A DNA stretch of 64,000 bases. Source: the human T2T-CHM13v2.0 reference genome, Homo sapiens. Location: assembly GCF_009914755.1 (NCBI RefSeq), contig NC_060928.1; one strand, given 5' to 3'. How positions within the stretch are numbered: the stretch's first letter is position 1; every line of letters begins with the position of its first letter. Below, in pieces: positions 44,671-59,699 of this stretch. The notes under the pieces were generated by a model. The model did no database searches. It was not told the DNA's origin and saw only the letters and a program-made list of their open reading frames with translations. A program made the position numbers and the translations under genes.

Positions 44671-47094
44671 CCCTCCCACCTTTACCCCCAAGATGCTGAG
44701 AATTTATTATAAAAAATCAACTAGAACAGAGATCATCACCAAACAAAAGGTACTTTGTAAGGAGTATTTTTGATGCCTTGGTTTCTAGTCAACATAAGCG
44801 CAAGGTGAGATGTGTGTTGCTGCACATGGGTTTTAGTTTATAATGTTCTCATTCTACCTCTTTACTAAGAAAATGACTAGATTTTTGTTGTTTTGTTTTT
44901 CCTTAGCTATTTTGAACTTCTTGCTTTAGTCCTGTAGAGCAGAGTCCCTCCTTCAGAATATAAATGCCATTCACAGGAGGTTGCTAAATAAATAAGTGAT
45001 GATGAGTTGTATTTCTCTAGTCTTATCTTACACCTTTGGGGAACTACTCATTTCAACATCTATGCAATTCTGGGCCATCAATGTTTATAGATACTGATAC
45101 TACTATTAAGGCACATTATAAAATATATTTATGCTAACACTAATAGATATATTAAAAGTTCAGTTTTAGTGGAACAGCTTAACAGTGTGAAAAGACAAAA
45201 AAAAAAAACACTAAAGATACCTTCTCACTAAAACCACATTTTATTCACAACTCTTGACTAGCAGTTTTACGTAGTCTCTTATAGTCTTTCATTTACATAC
45301 CAAGCTATGTAAATTTTGAGTTTGTTTAATGCAATCACACAACTACTACTAAATATTGTTACCTTATTTCCAAACCCACTAAAATGTTGCAATTTAAACA
45401 TTTGGTGGAGGTGAATATAAAGATAACATGTTTAAAATAATATTTCAAATACTAAAAAATGTCAGTGTTGGTAAAAACCAATTCATGGTTCTGGAATGTG
45501 TTGGAACGTGTTGTCTTAAGGAATTTTCAGTGGGAAACTTGAAGAGGAATAAATTTGCATTTGTCTACATATTGAGTTGATAAGCTATTTAGGTTGACTC
45601 ATTAAAATAAATCTCCAAAAAGTACGTAACTATCCATTCATGGAATGTTTAATGTATAGCATGCAATAGCTGTCCTACACTAGGGTAGCTGTGGTGGCGG
45701 AGAAACAAACAATGAATATAACAGGCCTATCTCTGCCCTGGAGCTGAAAACATTTCAGTGTTCTGTCACTTTTCTTTCTGAATGTTGGACAGAACCATTA
45801 CCACAGTGATGAGAGAAGGCTGAAGGAAACATTTGACAGATCCCTGTGTCCTCAATCCCCACCAAAGTATTTAAGTCATACTGATATAAAATCGAGTGTG
45901 AACACTGAGAAATAAAATTTCCTTTCTACTAGTTCTGGAGCAAGGTTAAAACTGCTTTTCATTAAGATGAACAATACATCAGAAAGGTTAGAGAGAGCAC
46001 TGTCACCATCTACACCACCGAGTTCTCTGACACCTCATATTCCCTACTCTCCCTGCATGCAAAAGCTGTAAACAATGGCCAAACGGTAGTGCCAGGCAAA
46101 TCAGTGAGGACTGACCTGAAGATCCTAGGCTAAAATTCTATTTAGTAATGGCCAATGATGATATGCTGGCTAATATCTACAGTGAGAAATAAAAAAGAAT
46201 TATGAGTCTCATTATTGTATTTGCCTATGAAATGCACTGCTTCACACATACTCCAATGATATCCAAAAATAATTGTCCTGCCTCCAATGAGCCCACAGTG
46301 TCCATCATTTCTTACTGTAAACTTTTGGATAAGGTTTAAATGTTCAGGACTAAGATTTGGGTTATTTTACTTTTTTTAAAGTACAATTTCCGTTTTATTT
46401 TTCTCCAGTGGACGGTTTTTCCTCAGTTCTTAAGAACTCAGCTCCTCACATGGACTTTGGTAGAAGTCATGAGGCAGCAAGGTTTGGGTTATTTTAAACC
46501 TTCAGGAGTAAGGTTTAGGTTATTCTCTCATCATTGTAGACTTGCATTTATTTCTACCATAACCCATGGCTCAAAAGCATGCGTATTTAGAACATACTTA
46601 GATTGATTAAACATATTTTTCCCCTAAAATGTAATAAAATGAATCTAATTTGCAGGGTAATATGGTAGGTGGCATACTATTTCCACTAAAAATGGCTGTT
46701 TTAACCAAGATGATTTTTTCTGAAAATGAACAAAGATGAGAAATTATTGTAAATATTAATCTTCCTTAAGTGCTTACAATTTGTTTTTCTGACATTTGCA
46801 TTTTATACACAACTTGAGTTTAATAGTCATACTTACTGAAGATTAAAAAAATTGGGGATGATCAACTCACAAGATCTTTCTTAAGAACTGCATCATTGTA
46901 TGACAAAAAAGTAAATGATGGTTGCTTTGGATATTACCTAGTTTGGGAAGTACAAATTATACAATTCTATGTTTTTATGAATCAGATTTCTGTTTCACAG
47001 CCCACAGGTCAACCATCAATTCAACAATCCTTTCTCCTACTCAGCAATCCTTTCGCCCACTCTTTCTTTCATCCATTCTTTAGTTTATTCTCTT

Positions 47095-47520
47095 AACTAT
47101 TCCGTTCATCCACTCAACAAGTATTTACTGAGTGCTACTAAGTTCCTGGTGCTGTACCAGGTGTTGCATTGCAGCTATGACTAAGACATGGGCCTCTCTA
47201 GAAGCTCAATCTAGTAGGGGGAAAATAAAAACATACATAGAGTAAACTAATACTTTATAATGCAATGCGATCAGTGTACCTATAGAAGTTTATACAGAGT
47301 ATAAACAGAGTATAATAGTACAGAGATAGTAGGCTAGGAATTAAATATTGTGAATGCAAACAGCTGAAAAAATTGAATCTACATTGGGTTTGGAAAGCTG
47401 GGAATTGGAGTGCCTAGTCTGTAAGAAGGGGCTCCCAAACAGGGGAACAGCAAATGCAAAGACTGGAAGATATAAAATAACATGGTGTTTTGGAACCAAA
47501 GAAAGTCTGGTATCATTAGA
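47095..47520 (-). mobile_element. L2 fragment
   Basis: ttcatccactcaacaagtatttactgagtgcta resembles the L2 3' end. Confidence 0.55.
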
Positions 47521-47534
47521 ATTCACAAGAATCA

Positions 47535-47918
<384 letters not shown>

Positions 47919-48462
47919 TCAATGTCATTCTCCAAGATTCCTAAAATAATCCAGGGGGTAAAATCAATCCAACAATTCTTTAACCTTAGAGTGCCATTAC
48001 TTTAAGCATGAAGATGTTTCCATCCAGTTGCTATTTTTCTCCTTTCACAGATCTTCCCCTTGCCTCCCTCCTCCGGGCACCTGCCATCAAGCACGAAGCC
48101 ACTATGGTTACACTGATCATTAACCTTCTGATCACCAGTGGGCGGCAGTGGCAACATGGAGCACATGCTGGTCCAGGGTTTTTTGTCTGGTATTCAGCTG
48201 ATAGCTAACACATTCCTGAGTTCTTAGGAAAAACTAAATAGCTATTTTAGGCAAATGAGCGAGGCAGCAGCAGGGAATTTATCTGATGCATTTCCTATGG
48301 AGAAGTTGGTGGTCATTTATGCTGGAATTCACTTCTTTCCTTTTTGGGCTCTCTGGCTTATTTTATTTAACAGAAGGAGCTACATATATTACGGAATCAC
48401 TGAATGTTTAGGACCTGGGGGTCATTACACTGGCCTGATTTATGAATTGAAGTCATTGGTAG

Positions 48463-48926
<464 letters not shown>

Positions 48927-49199
48927 AGAACTCTTACTGTATTCTTTTTATCGCTAGAGAAAGAGAACTGACATAATTAATTTACTAGCTGAATTTACTG
49001 ACAAACTGCAGGTACTTTCCTATGAGGAATCCTGTGATGCAAATTTTTAGATGAAGAAAAAGGTGGAGGGAGGAGGACACAACCCTGAAAGTAGGTATTA
49101 TCATTCCCATCCTGTACACTGGGATGCTGAGTCAGAGATTAAGTACTTTGTCAAGTTAGTAGTAGGCTGTTTTTTGCAGCTCTATTATATTTTTGAACA

Positions 49200-49450
49200 A
49201 ACAGCAAAAGGAGGCAGAATTGTGAATGGTTCAGAGCAGGAGCTCTGGGATCAGCTGGCATGGACTCCAGGCCCAGATCTGTCACTAACAACTTTGGGAA
49301 CTTCATCTCTCGAAGCCCCAGTTTCCTCATCTGGAAAAAAATGGAGATGATGGATCTGTATAGGGTTGTTACTGGGATTCAGTGAGATAGTACACGTAAA
49401 ATGCAAGGGAAGCACCTGGCACGAAGTGAGCGCTCAACAAAGGTCAGTGC
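49200..49450 (+). mobile_element. MIR
   Basis: cagtttcctcatctggaaaaaatgga...cacctggcac...gcgctcaa. Confidence 0.65.
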
Positions 49451-49956
49451 TATTATTTTCAAAAAAGTGGCACACACTGGTGTGTGATGTGTTCCTTCAG
49501 CATAATGAGAGCAAGAGAGCTGGAAGCCAAGGTCTCACTGAGTTCTGACAACTACTCCATTGTGTCAAAATGGATAACAACAGTGAATCATGATTAAGGT
49601 GACATATACTAGGGTAAAATATTTCCTATAGTTTAGCCAAAACCTCAGCTTTAGTATGATAAAAATGAAGAAAAAAAATAAATTCCTCCTCCTATCTTAA
49701 TAATTGTCTTTTATTATAGACTGCAACTAATTATAATTTCTTTCTTACAATGCTTTGTGAATTTAGTGGATTTGATTAGCTTTCTAACTTTCCTTTTTTT
49801 TTTGGAGGGGGTGGTGTAAGGAAGAGAACTTGGGATAGGTAATTCACTTCATATATGATACATATCTAGGTCAGTTCCTAATAACTACTGAACCACAAAT
49901 GCAATTATACAAGGTAATTTGCCTTATATCAAACTATGATTTTGATTACATACTAT

Positions 49957-50248
49957 TTTTTTTTCTGAGATGGAGTCTCGCGCTCTGTTGCCCAGGCTGG
50001 AGTGCAGTGGCTTGATTTCGGCTCACTACAACCTCTGCCTCCCAGGTTCAAGCTATTCTCTTGCCTCAGCCTCCTGAGTAGCTGGGATTACAAGTGCCCG
50101 TCACCATGCCTGGCTAGTTTTTGTATTCTTAGTAGAGATGGAATTTCACAATGTTGGTCAGGCTGGTCTCGAACTCCTGACCTTGTTATCTGCCCGCCTC
50201 GGCCTCCTAAAGTGCTGGGATTACAAGTGTGAGCCACCACGCCTGGCC
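49957..50248 (-). mobile_element. Alu (AluS)
   Basis: Full antisense Alu; TSD attacatac. Confidence 0.9.
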
Positions 50249-50319
50249 AATTACATACATTTTATTATGGATACTATTTCAAGCTAAAAGTCTTTTTCTT
50301 CTCTTGCAGTTTAATAATA

Positions 50320-50545
50320 CAATAATGTTTGTAACTGCCATTTATTTAATGCTCATTAAAGACTTTGCACTATGCTAAGTTCTTTATAATACTTCATTCA
50401 ACTCTTACAACTAACCATGAGGTAGGTATTATTGCCCCCATTTTATTGATGAGGAAATTGAGGCTCAGTAGGATTAAGCAACGTAGCCAAGGGCACAGTT
50501 TAGAAAGCGACAGATTTAAATCCACATGTCTCTGACTCCCAAACC
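50320..50545 (-). mobile_element. MIR
   Basis: ccccattttattgatgaggaaattgaggctcag core. Confidence 0.7.
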
Positions 50546-50665
50546 TGCCAATGACACTGCCAGCTTGATGCTGACAAATACAAGTCTTATCACTTATTTC
50601 CAACCACTAGTACAAGATAAATTTAAAGTTCATTTGGAAAAGAATATATTCACTGTGTATTTTAC

Positions 50666-50758
50666 CTTTTTCCAAGTACAACTGCTCCTGGGTCTTGAGA
50701 TTTTGCCTCCAGCTCCTGAACTTCATCGACCAATGTTTTAAAAGCAGTCCTCTTGATA
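50666..50758 (-). CDS. ATP8A1: ATP8A1 third-from-last coding exon
   Basis: (V)IKRTAFKTLVDEVQELEAKSQDPGAVVLGK(S); tttttgcag| acceptor and AG|gtaaa donor; 93 nt. Confidence 0.96.
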
Positions 50759-51475
50759 CTGCAAAAAGAAAAAAAAAGGGATTTGCATGGAAATACTTCT
50801 GTGAAGATTTTACAAAACTAGATGTCTGGCTTATTATCACGCGGTTGATAAAGCACAATGGTAACAAGAGTACAAGCAGTTTTTCAAAAGAATCTTAAAA
50901 ATTACCGTAATTTTGAGAATATAGAAATTATAGTTTTAAAAATAAATGATGGTTTAGGTTTACAATATTGAAACTCCCATAGTTATTTAAATAAATATCA
51001 TGTAATTAAATTAAATGCTATCTTTTTTGTGGGAAGACATAAGATTTTAAAATTTATAACCCTTGAAAAAAATTAGTAAGGTTTTCTTTTCTTTCATTTT
51101 ATATTTTATATATGTTTGGAATCAGGCAAGCAAAACATTTCTTTTTATAATAAAAAATGTTTTTGGAAATAGTACAATTTTTCTTTTACTTTTATATGAG
51201 TTTTGGGGCTGTTTCTAAAAAACATACTCCCCGATGTAATTTTCTCCAGTGCCATTTACTTTTCTCTGTTAACTGAAACTACCCGCTTTACTACTCATTT
51301 CGTCTTTTAAACTAGTTTTCTAGTTCCTGAATCACCCCTTCCTTATTTAAAATTAAGTAATATTACCAGTCCCTATCCTGCAAGCTCTACATGCTTGAGT
51401 TGATGTTACCAAGAGAGAAATCTGAGGATGAATATGCATCTATATTTCTCCGTATATAACTGAGTATATACTTAC

Positions 51476-51564
51476 ACCTTGTACACCACATCAAGGAGCA
51501 GAGATGCCACAGGGATGAATAACAAGCCCATCCAAAAGACTCCAGAACTGAACAACATGGCTGC
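51476..51564 (-). CDS. ATP8A1: ATP8A1 fourth-from-last coding exon (last TM helix)
   Basis: AAMLFSSGVFWMGLLFIPVASLLLDVVYK(V); acacag| acceptor and GT|gtaag donor; 89 nt. The next upstream exon was not found, so it presumably lies beyond the window. Confidence 0.96.
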
Positions 51565-54500
51565 CTGTGTAAATCGTCAGAAAAAACATTACTTTAAAAC
51601 CAAAAAATACATGATTTGTGTTTAGTTTTTATGTATTTTTAAGTGAAACAATTTTAAGAATATCATTCTGTAAGAGAGTATACAACTCTGAATTCGAACT
51701 TATGAAATTAACTTAGAATATCAAAATAAATCTTTGAGCAAATTTAAAATATACTCTGGATTAAATTCTCTTATAAGATATGGTGTAAAATAAATCATAA
51801 TTAGAAACTAAATTTACTATTTCTGGCAAATGAAAATTACTTTTGTAAAATTATAGGATATTAAAAATTATCCAGATAAATCATGACTACTGTATAATCA
51901 AATTAAGATACCTACAAAAACAACAATTTGATTATTTTTGGCTAACATTAGGTAGTAATAATCTTAATTTTTGTTCAATGATTTATATAACTGGTATTGG
52001 TGCATACCTGTTATTGCTAAAGTCAAACCAAATATCTTGTATGTAAAAGCCAAATAAAAGTGTATTAAAAATAACTTTAATAATTTCTTTGTAATAAATA
52101 CCAAATTGCTGTATTAGAGCCTTTTGGGTTGCAAAAAAAAATGATTCTGTAATTTAAAAAGTAATAAATTCTATTATTTATTTGCAATTATAATAAAAAA
52201 TATCTTTGTAATATAATTAGATTACACAGAACTTAAAAGGAATAGTATTATACAATAAAAGCAAAAGAAATATTTTGGTTTCACTTCTTTTAATCTTTTT
52301 ATCAAGAGGAAATTTTTAGTACCTATTTAAATCCATATATGTATTGTTCTAATTCCATTAAAAAGTAGCCAACTAACGCATGCACATTTAGATTCTACTA
52401 AAAATCATGCAAAATTAAAAAGAATCAGGTATGGTTCAGGAATTAAAAATAACCTAGAGTTTAATTATTCTAGGCAATTTCAAAATTACACATAAATAGT
52501 CCTAATCAATCAGTCCTTATCAAACATAAACATTTCTAATTTTAAATTATATTTCAGATTACTTATTCATTTGGACTCTCGATTAAGGACTAGGAACTGC
52601 TGTTTAAATTTTTTCTGCATTGACATGAGCTTATCGATACAGACCGCAGGTTCAGGGACGCTAAGATTTTTCGCTATGTAGAAGTGAATAGCTCTGAATA
52701 CTTTTAAAATAAAAACATGCTATTACAAAAAATTCCAGAAAATAAGTTTTGCCACATGGGTTCAATGAAATAGCACCAATATTCGAGACACCAACAAGAT
52801 GAAAAATACTCACATAAAAGTCACTTTATTTAATAAGCAAAACATGATCTTTGACATGTTTGCTGACATCCTCAATGGTGAAAACCAACAATAACTGTGT
52901 AATAGGAAATGTCTATCAAGTCAGTAGATTTTCTTTAGATTGAAAGAAGCTTTCTAGTAAGGTAACAACTGTAAAAAACCAATTTCTTTCTCCTTCTGGG
53001 GGGAAAGGTAAGGTAAGAATTCCAAGGCATGCAACTGAAAATACATTTACTTGGCTTAATTTTAATATATTTTAATTTGGTTGGGGGGGGGCAAGAGAAG
53101 GAGGATTTATTCTTGCCTTCACCACCTTGTATTAAATGTCCACCAGTGGAAAAGGCAAAAGTGGTGGAGATTCAAGGCTGCTAATTCTGACCATTGTGAT
53201 GCTAACGATGAATGGAGGAGTGACTGGCGCCCCACCATTCAGTCTACCAGCCTTTGGCATTACAAATGAACAACATGAATTGAGGGGAAAAAAGTTTTTC
53301 TGCGTCATATCTGAAAGCCTGTCAGTTTTTTTTTCTTTTGCAGAGTTAATCCAAACCTAAAAGATTTAAAGCCGACATTCGCATTAAAGACAGAGAGTCT
53401 CTTTGTATTTTTTGGATGAAGAGGGGGGGAAAAATAAAATCCCACAGAGGTATTTCCTTCCTTTCTGTATAAGAAAGCTCCCCCTCACTCTGAAGAAACC
53501 AGTTTTGTCTCTAACTTTTCACATTTCCCCACTCACAGGCAGGTCAGCTGGGAAAAGGCGAAGGGATCCTGAGACAATGGTGGATTGCTCCGAACAGGAG
53601 CAGCCTGTTCGGGCCGAGCTCCGGTTCCCTCCGAGAGCGGTTTGCAAATTTCTCCTAATGTGGGAGACTGGTGCACCAGGCCAAGTGGCCCCCACTGCCC
53701 CTTCTCAAGGCACTGTGAAACCAAATGGAATTTGCCACGAAAGTGGCTCCCGGGGGCCTTGAGAAGGGATCAGCTGAGGAAGCTGCAAAGCTGGTAACAG
53801 GAGGGCACAGGCCGTGTGTGGCGAACAAGCAACTGCTTGTCTCTGCAGAGTGATGCCGGCTCAAAATCGAACCACTGGGGCTTCAAAAATAAACCAACGC
53901 TGCCTGAAAACACAACTTGCAGAAGAGGAATTGTTCTGAAATTTCTATGTGAACTTTCAGGGAACAAACCTTTGAGAAAATACGAGTTTATGTGCATTTG
54001 GCCAAGTCAGGGGGCATGACCGATAAGAGGGGTTTACCTTCTGACCCACAACGGCATGATCTGTTAGCACCTACGTTCCCACGCCAGACAGAAACCCTTC
54101 TTCACCTTCAATGTGCCCATGTTCAGTCTCATAGGAGAGAGAATTCAAGTGTGCCACCTGCCTACAAACTAACGGCATGGTTCTTCAGTCTACCTCTATG
54201 TGTTTACACTATTAATATCAGAGTGGCATGCTGTGACTCTTACTCATGGAAATGTATAGACATCTAAAACAGAAGGCCCTTTGCAGAACTCTAAGACTGT
54301 CTCCATGGACCCCAGTTGGAGCAGGTCTGGTGATAGGCCTGGAAGTGGTCCTGGCACGGCCCTTCCCAGCTAATCAGACACTCGGGAAGAAACTTCTCAG
54401 TCTCAGTTTCCTCAGCTGTACAGTGGATTGTAGGAATTAAACTCAATAATGTTTGTAAAGTGGCTGCATAACATTGATTATTAACAAACTTTCTTCATTT

Positions 54501-56049
54501 CAATTGTCAAATTTCTTTAAATGCTCTTGTCTCTGGTTCTTTCCAGTGATCTGTCCCATGAGCTTCATGGAAGCAAATTTTTATGACAATATCAAATTAA
54601 CTGTAAATCAATTTATAAATTTTATGATGTTCATCTCAATAATATCACAGCACACGCTTGTCTTATCTGCTATTTTTAAAACGCAATGATGAAACATAGG
54701 CCAAAGTAAGAGATCCCTAATAAAGTGCCATTCATCTCAATTTGCCAATTTAGAAAATGGAGAAAAATAATTTTGTCATAGAAATTATTGACTACACCGG
54801 CATAATATATTAATTTTGGAAGGGAAAATTATTTGGAAAATAGTGCTTCAAAACATTTTTTTGGAGGGGAGTGCAGTAAGAGAAATGAATAACTTCCAGA
54901 GTAGTTGCGTTAACGCTGGGAACAACAACAAAAAACCAAGAAGTGATTATTTATTAAGTGTCTGGACAAAGCTTTATATAAAAGGCTTCCAAAGCTTAAA
55001 AACAGTGAAAAAAAACTATGAAAGGATGCTTTAAAGAACTGATTTACGAAAACGTAGAACTTCCACGTGTTCAAAGAAACATAACTAAAAAAGTAAACAA
55101 TAAAAAACTGGGAGAATGACTACTACAAATACATGAAATTCTGGGTTAATATCTGACCAGAAAAATAGCCCATTTATCTTCATAAGAATAGCTGCAATCT
55201 CAAGAGATAGGCAAGAGACCTGGAAAGGTATTCATAAAAGCAGCAGCAAGTAATTAACAACATGGAAAAGTGTTAAGTCACTCTGCAGTCTTAGAGAACA
55301 CTGACAAATTAGATCAGATTTTAAAAATTCACCATCAGTTTGGTGGAGTGAGAGGTGTATGGTGGAATAGGTATTTGTAGCAATTTATATTCCCACCAGC
55401 AATGAACTAGCCTTTGGAAAAGGTATTTGGCAATGTGCACCAACACCACAAACATTTATTCCTTTTAATTCGATAATTCAATTTCTGAACTATGTGTTAA
55501 AATGAAGTCCAGCTTTTGCTTATCAGTATCTCATGAAACTGTCCTGTGGTTGCTAGTCCTGAAAGCATCCCCTGAAAAGGGCCCATGGCCAGAGATTTAG
55601 TAAAGGTGAAAAGAAACCATGGCAGCATCCTCTTGGAGAGTCACAGCGCAGAGCAGCGTAAGGCTTCAAGAAGTCAGAGTAAAGCACCCTACTGAATAGT
55701 TTTTTAAACCCAGGTTTCCTAAAGGTATTGATTGATTATGGAACACTTTCCCCTACATCCTTCTTACAAACATCCCACACAACTAATTTTGGGGAATGCA
55801 AATATTCGTTGTGGGTTGTTATAAATAACAAAATACTAGTTAAAGCTAACAGGGCACTATGTGGCTCATTAGGCAAATGTGCATCCCTCGGTCTGAATGT
55901 TATCCAAGCTGTGAAGATGCTGTTCACAGATTGTAATTATCAGAAGACTGATAGTTTAGAAGAGTCCTGGAGGGAAACGTAAACTACCCTGGTATTCTCC
56001 CAGGAGCCTTCTGTTAGCATACAAACACCCTCCCTGGAAGGGTTTGCAG

Positions 56050-56900
56050 TTTGTATCATCATTCATATGGAAATCAGCCACTAATCACCTGTGGCTTAGA
56101 TTTCTCACCTGAACTTGAAGCACAGGCTAGACTACTGAGCTCCTAACTTGTGGGTCGCACAGGCACCTCAAACCTCACACATCCCACACTGAACACACAC
56201 TGTCTTCCCTCCAAAGGCTGCTCTTCCTTGGTACAAGCTATTCAGGGAATGGCATCATCCCTGGCTGCCCAAGACAGAAACCTGGGCCCTATTCCTGAAT
56301 TGGCTTTTTACCCTGTGTCCAATATTTCACCAGGTTCTGTTGTGCTTTAGCATCTTCACATTTATCCATCTCTGGCCAACTTTGCTTATCCCAGTCCAAA
56401 TAATTTGCCTGTCCTCCTAGCTGTACTGACTTCAGAAATACTCTGCTTCTAGCTGTTCACACTGCAGCCTGAGAGATATTTCCAAAAGGCAAATTCGATG
56501 TTAGCAGTTCCTGGATTAAACCCTTTCTGTGGCTTCAGAATGTCCTCAGAATAGAATACAAAATCTTTAATACAATTTCAAGACCTTTCCTATCTGACTT
56601 CTGATTGCTTTCCCAGTATCATCTCTCAAGCCAGGCCCATCTCTTGCTACACATAACATGTTTTGATGCCTGGAAAGCGCCCATGCTCACTCTTGTCCTC
56701 AGGCCTTTGCACCTGTGATGCCTACTCGTCCTTCAATTTTCCTTTCTTAGACTCAGAGGACACTACTTGGGCTTCCGTTATGTTGGCACCTATCACCCAT
56801 TTTCTAGTTGCTCATTCATCCTCTTGTTAGACTATATACTCTCTTAATTCTCATGATCCAAGTGCTTAACCACCAAGCAGATGTTCAATAAATAATTGCT
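56050..56900 (+). mobile_element. L2 fragments
   Basis: caggcacctcaaac, ccctttctgtggcttc, aggcctttgcac.tg and gttcaataaata L2-type motifs. Confidence 0.6.
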
Positions 56901-57534
56901 GGATAAATATGTTCTCACAACCTAGTGTTGTAGAAACTATGAAAAACAGAGCCTGGGGACCCTGTTCTTGAGATGTGGTGGTTATGGTTTGCTTGGTTTT
57001 CTTGTGCTCTGACATGGAGTTATTCTAGGGAGAGTTATTGCCAGATAATTACGTATTTTGGGGAGAGGAGTTGATTCAGCTCCATGACTATCCTTTTCCA
57101 ATGTAGGCTGCCTTTTCTGTTGAAGGTTGACGAGTGTGCATTAAAAGCTAAATATGTTAAACTATCCCCAGCTCCCAGTCTGAATCATCAGAAGTATTTC
57201 AATGAATCCAAGAAAGGTATGATACCTGGAAATAAAAGTGTTTTGTTTTTTTTTTTGTGGTTGTGGGGAGGTGAGGAAGAGCTGTAGAATAGGCAGGAAG
57301 AGAAGGAAGTACCAGCATTAACAAAGATTTTAATTAACTACACAGTATGAACACTTTGCTAAGTTAAAGAAAAAGAAGCAGAATATAAAATTCCAGTCTT
57401 CCTCCTCTAGGCAAATACAAACTTTATCCTTCTGGCTGCCCTGGCCAAAATCCTCAAGTCATCTTTGTTTCCCCTTTTCTTTGAAACTGTGCATTCAATT
57501 TACTGGCAAATCTTATTGGCTTGACTTAAAAAAA

Positions 57535-58023
57535 TCCATACACCAATGTTCACAGCAGTACTGTTCACTATAGCCAAAGGGTGGAAACAACATCAACAGA
57601 TGAGTGGACAAGGAAAATGTGGCATATCCATACAATGGAATATCATTCAGCTTTCAAAGACATGAAATTCTGGCCCACGTTACAACATGGATGAACCCTG
57701 AATACATTTTGCCAAATAAAACAAACCAGACATAAAAGGACAAATGTGTGATTCTACTTAGATGCAGTGCCTGGAATAGTCAAATTCAGAAACAGCAAGC
57801 CCAATGGTGACTGCTAGGGGTTAGGGGAAAAGGAGAATGGGGATTGTTTAACAGGTATGAGGTTTCAGTAGGGAAAGATGAAAAAGTTCTAGAGATGGAC
57901 AGTGGTGATGGTTGCACAATAATGTGAATACGCTTAATGCCATTGAATTTACACTTAAAATGATAAATACATTATGTATATTCTACCATAACAAAAACAT
58001 TTAAATGAAAAAGAAAAAAAAAA
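57535..58023 (+). mobile_element. L1MB-type 3' end inserted in L2
   Basis: aatgttcacagcag...catggatgaaccctgaa...aaaagttctagagatggacagtggtgatggttgcacaa plus A-tail. Confidence 0.85.
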
Positions 58024-58338
58024 GATTCTTAGAGCAAATCCTCTCCCCACCCCAAATCCAGAATCTACCCACTTCACGCCCTTCCACGTTTGCCTAGGCC
58101 CCCATCATCTTCTGTCTGGAGTGCTACAACAGCCTGCTAGGGGTCCCCTGGCCTCCTGCCTGTTCCCTGTACATACTATTCTTAACAGAGCCCCCAGAGC
58201 AGTCCTTTTAGAAGTCAGATCGTGACTCCTTGGCTCAACCCTCCAGAGACTTGGAGAAAAATCGAGAGTCTTTACAATTGTCTCATGGCCCTGGGTGTTC
58301 TGCCCCAGCCCTGTCTCCGAAGGCCAGCTCGCTAGTGC

Positions 58339-58626
58339 CTTTTTTTTTTTTCTCCAACTTTTAAGTTTAGGAGTACACGTGCAGGTTTGTTACATAGGTA
58401 AACTTGTGTCATGGGGGTTTGACATGCAGATTATTTCCTCACCCAGGTATTGAGCTTAGATATTTTCCCTGATCCTCTCTCTTCTCCCACCTTCCACCCT
58501 CCGGTGGGCCCCAGTGTGTGTTGCTCCCCTCTACGTGTCCATGTGTTGTCATCATTTAGCTCCCGCTTATAAGTGAGAACATGTGGTATTTAGTTTTCTG
58601 TTCCTGCATTAGTTTGTTAGGAATAA
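58339..58626 (-). mobile_element. L1PA-type 3' end (5'-truncated)
   Basis: Poly-T, gtacacgtgcaggtttgttacataggtaaac, ...gagaacatgtggtattt; TSD tagtgc(c)tttt. Confidence 0.85.
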
Positions 58627-59699
58627 TAGTGCTTTTACTAGTCACCCCCTCCCTCATTCAGCTTCCACCACCCTGCAGTCTTCAGGCTCTCAGCATTTGT
58701 CTATTTCCATCTGGAATTTTCTTCCAGATAGCCACAGGTCCTGGTCACAACACTTCAGGTACAGTGAGGCCTTGTGTGACCACCCCATTGAAAACAGCAC
58801 CCCACCCCACCCCATCCTCTCCCCTGCACTCAAGTCCTCCAGAGCATTTAACACAGTCCAGCCTGCTGTATAATAGACTTATGTTTGTATGTTTTTCTTC
58901 TCTAGATTATAACCTCCCAAAGGCAGAGATTTTCTTTCATGGTTGTATTCCCAGAAACTAGAATAGCGCTTTGACATATATTTGTTGAAATATATTATTG
59001 ATTTAACGACTAAGTTACTAAGTTATTGAAAAATTTTTATTATAAAATTTAAAGAGGAAAAAACTTTAATTTTTACTGATATGAGAAGCACTCAAAATAG
59101 TATAATAATGCCTCTATTTTCAGTCAGACTCTAATCTCTTTCTCTGCATTTATAATTATTTTCCTAGACTAGATTACAATCAAGAGGAGAAGGTGTATTT
59201 TTTTTTGTTCCCCCAAATGGCTCACAAATTGGGAAGAACTTACAATTTAATGATCCTTCTATTCAGAGAATGGTATGTTTATTTATTCAACTTTTAAAAT
59301 ATTTCTCTCATTTTTGTCAAATTTTCTAGTTTTTCTCCTACTAACCATTCACATAACTGGTAAGGTTTCTTCTTGTTGCTGTGAATGGAATCTTTCATTT
59401 TTCTTTGTGTAAAAAGGCTATTTTATCTTTAAAGATTTAGGCCCTTTCCAAGGGAGTTAACAAGTTAGAGAAAACTCCAAAAGTGGCAAATCCATTATGT
59501 ATTTCCTAGGATTTTGCCAAATCCAAGAAGTCAATGGTTCTTTCTGGCTCTGACCCCTCTGAAACATCCTGGTAGCATAACTCTTCAGAGATGATTTGTA
59601 CCATGATCCCCCGAAACATATACACCTCTCACATTTCTCTTTTTAAAACCTATCTGCCATGGTCTGAGGTCATTTAGTTTCTCTTGTCTCCTCCTAGGT

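Noticed and set aside
51600-52560. Extremely AT-rich stretch as a special element (S/MAR or origin)
   Set aside because: Composition alone is not diagnostic and no internal periodicity was seen
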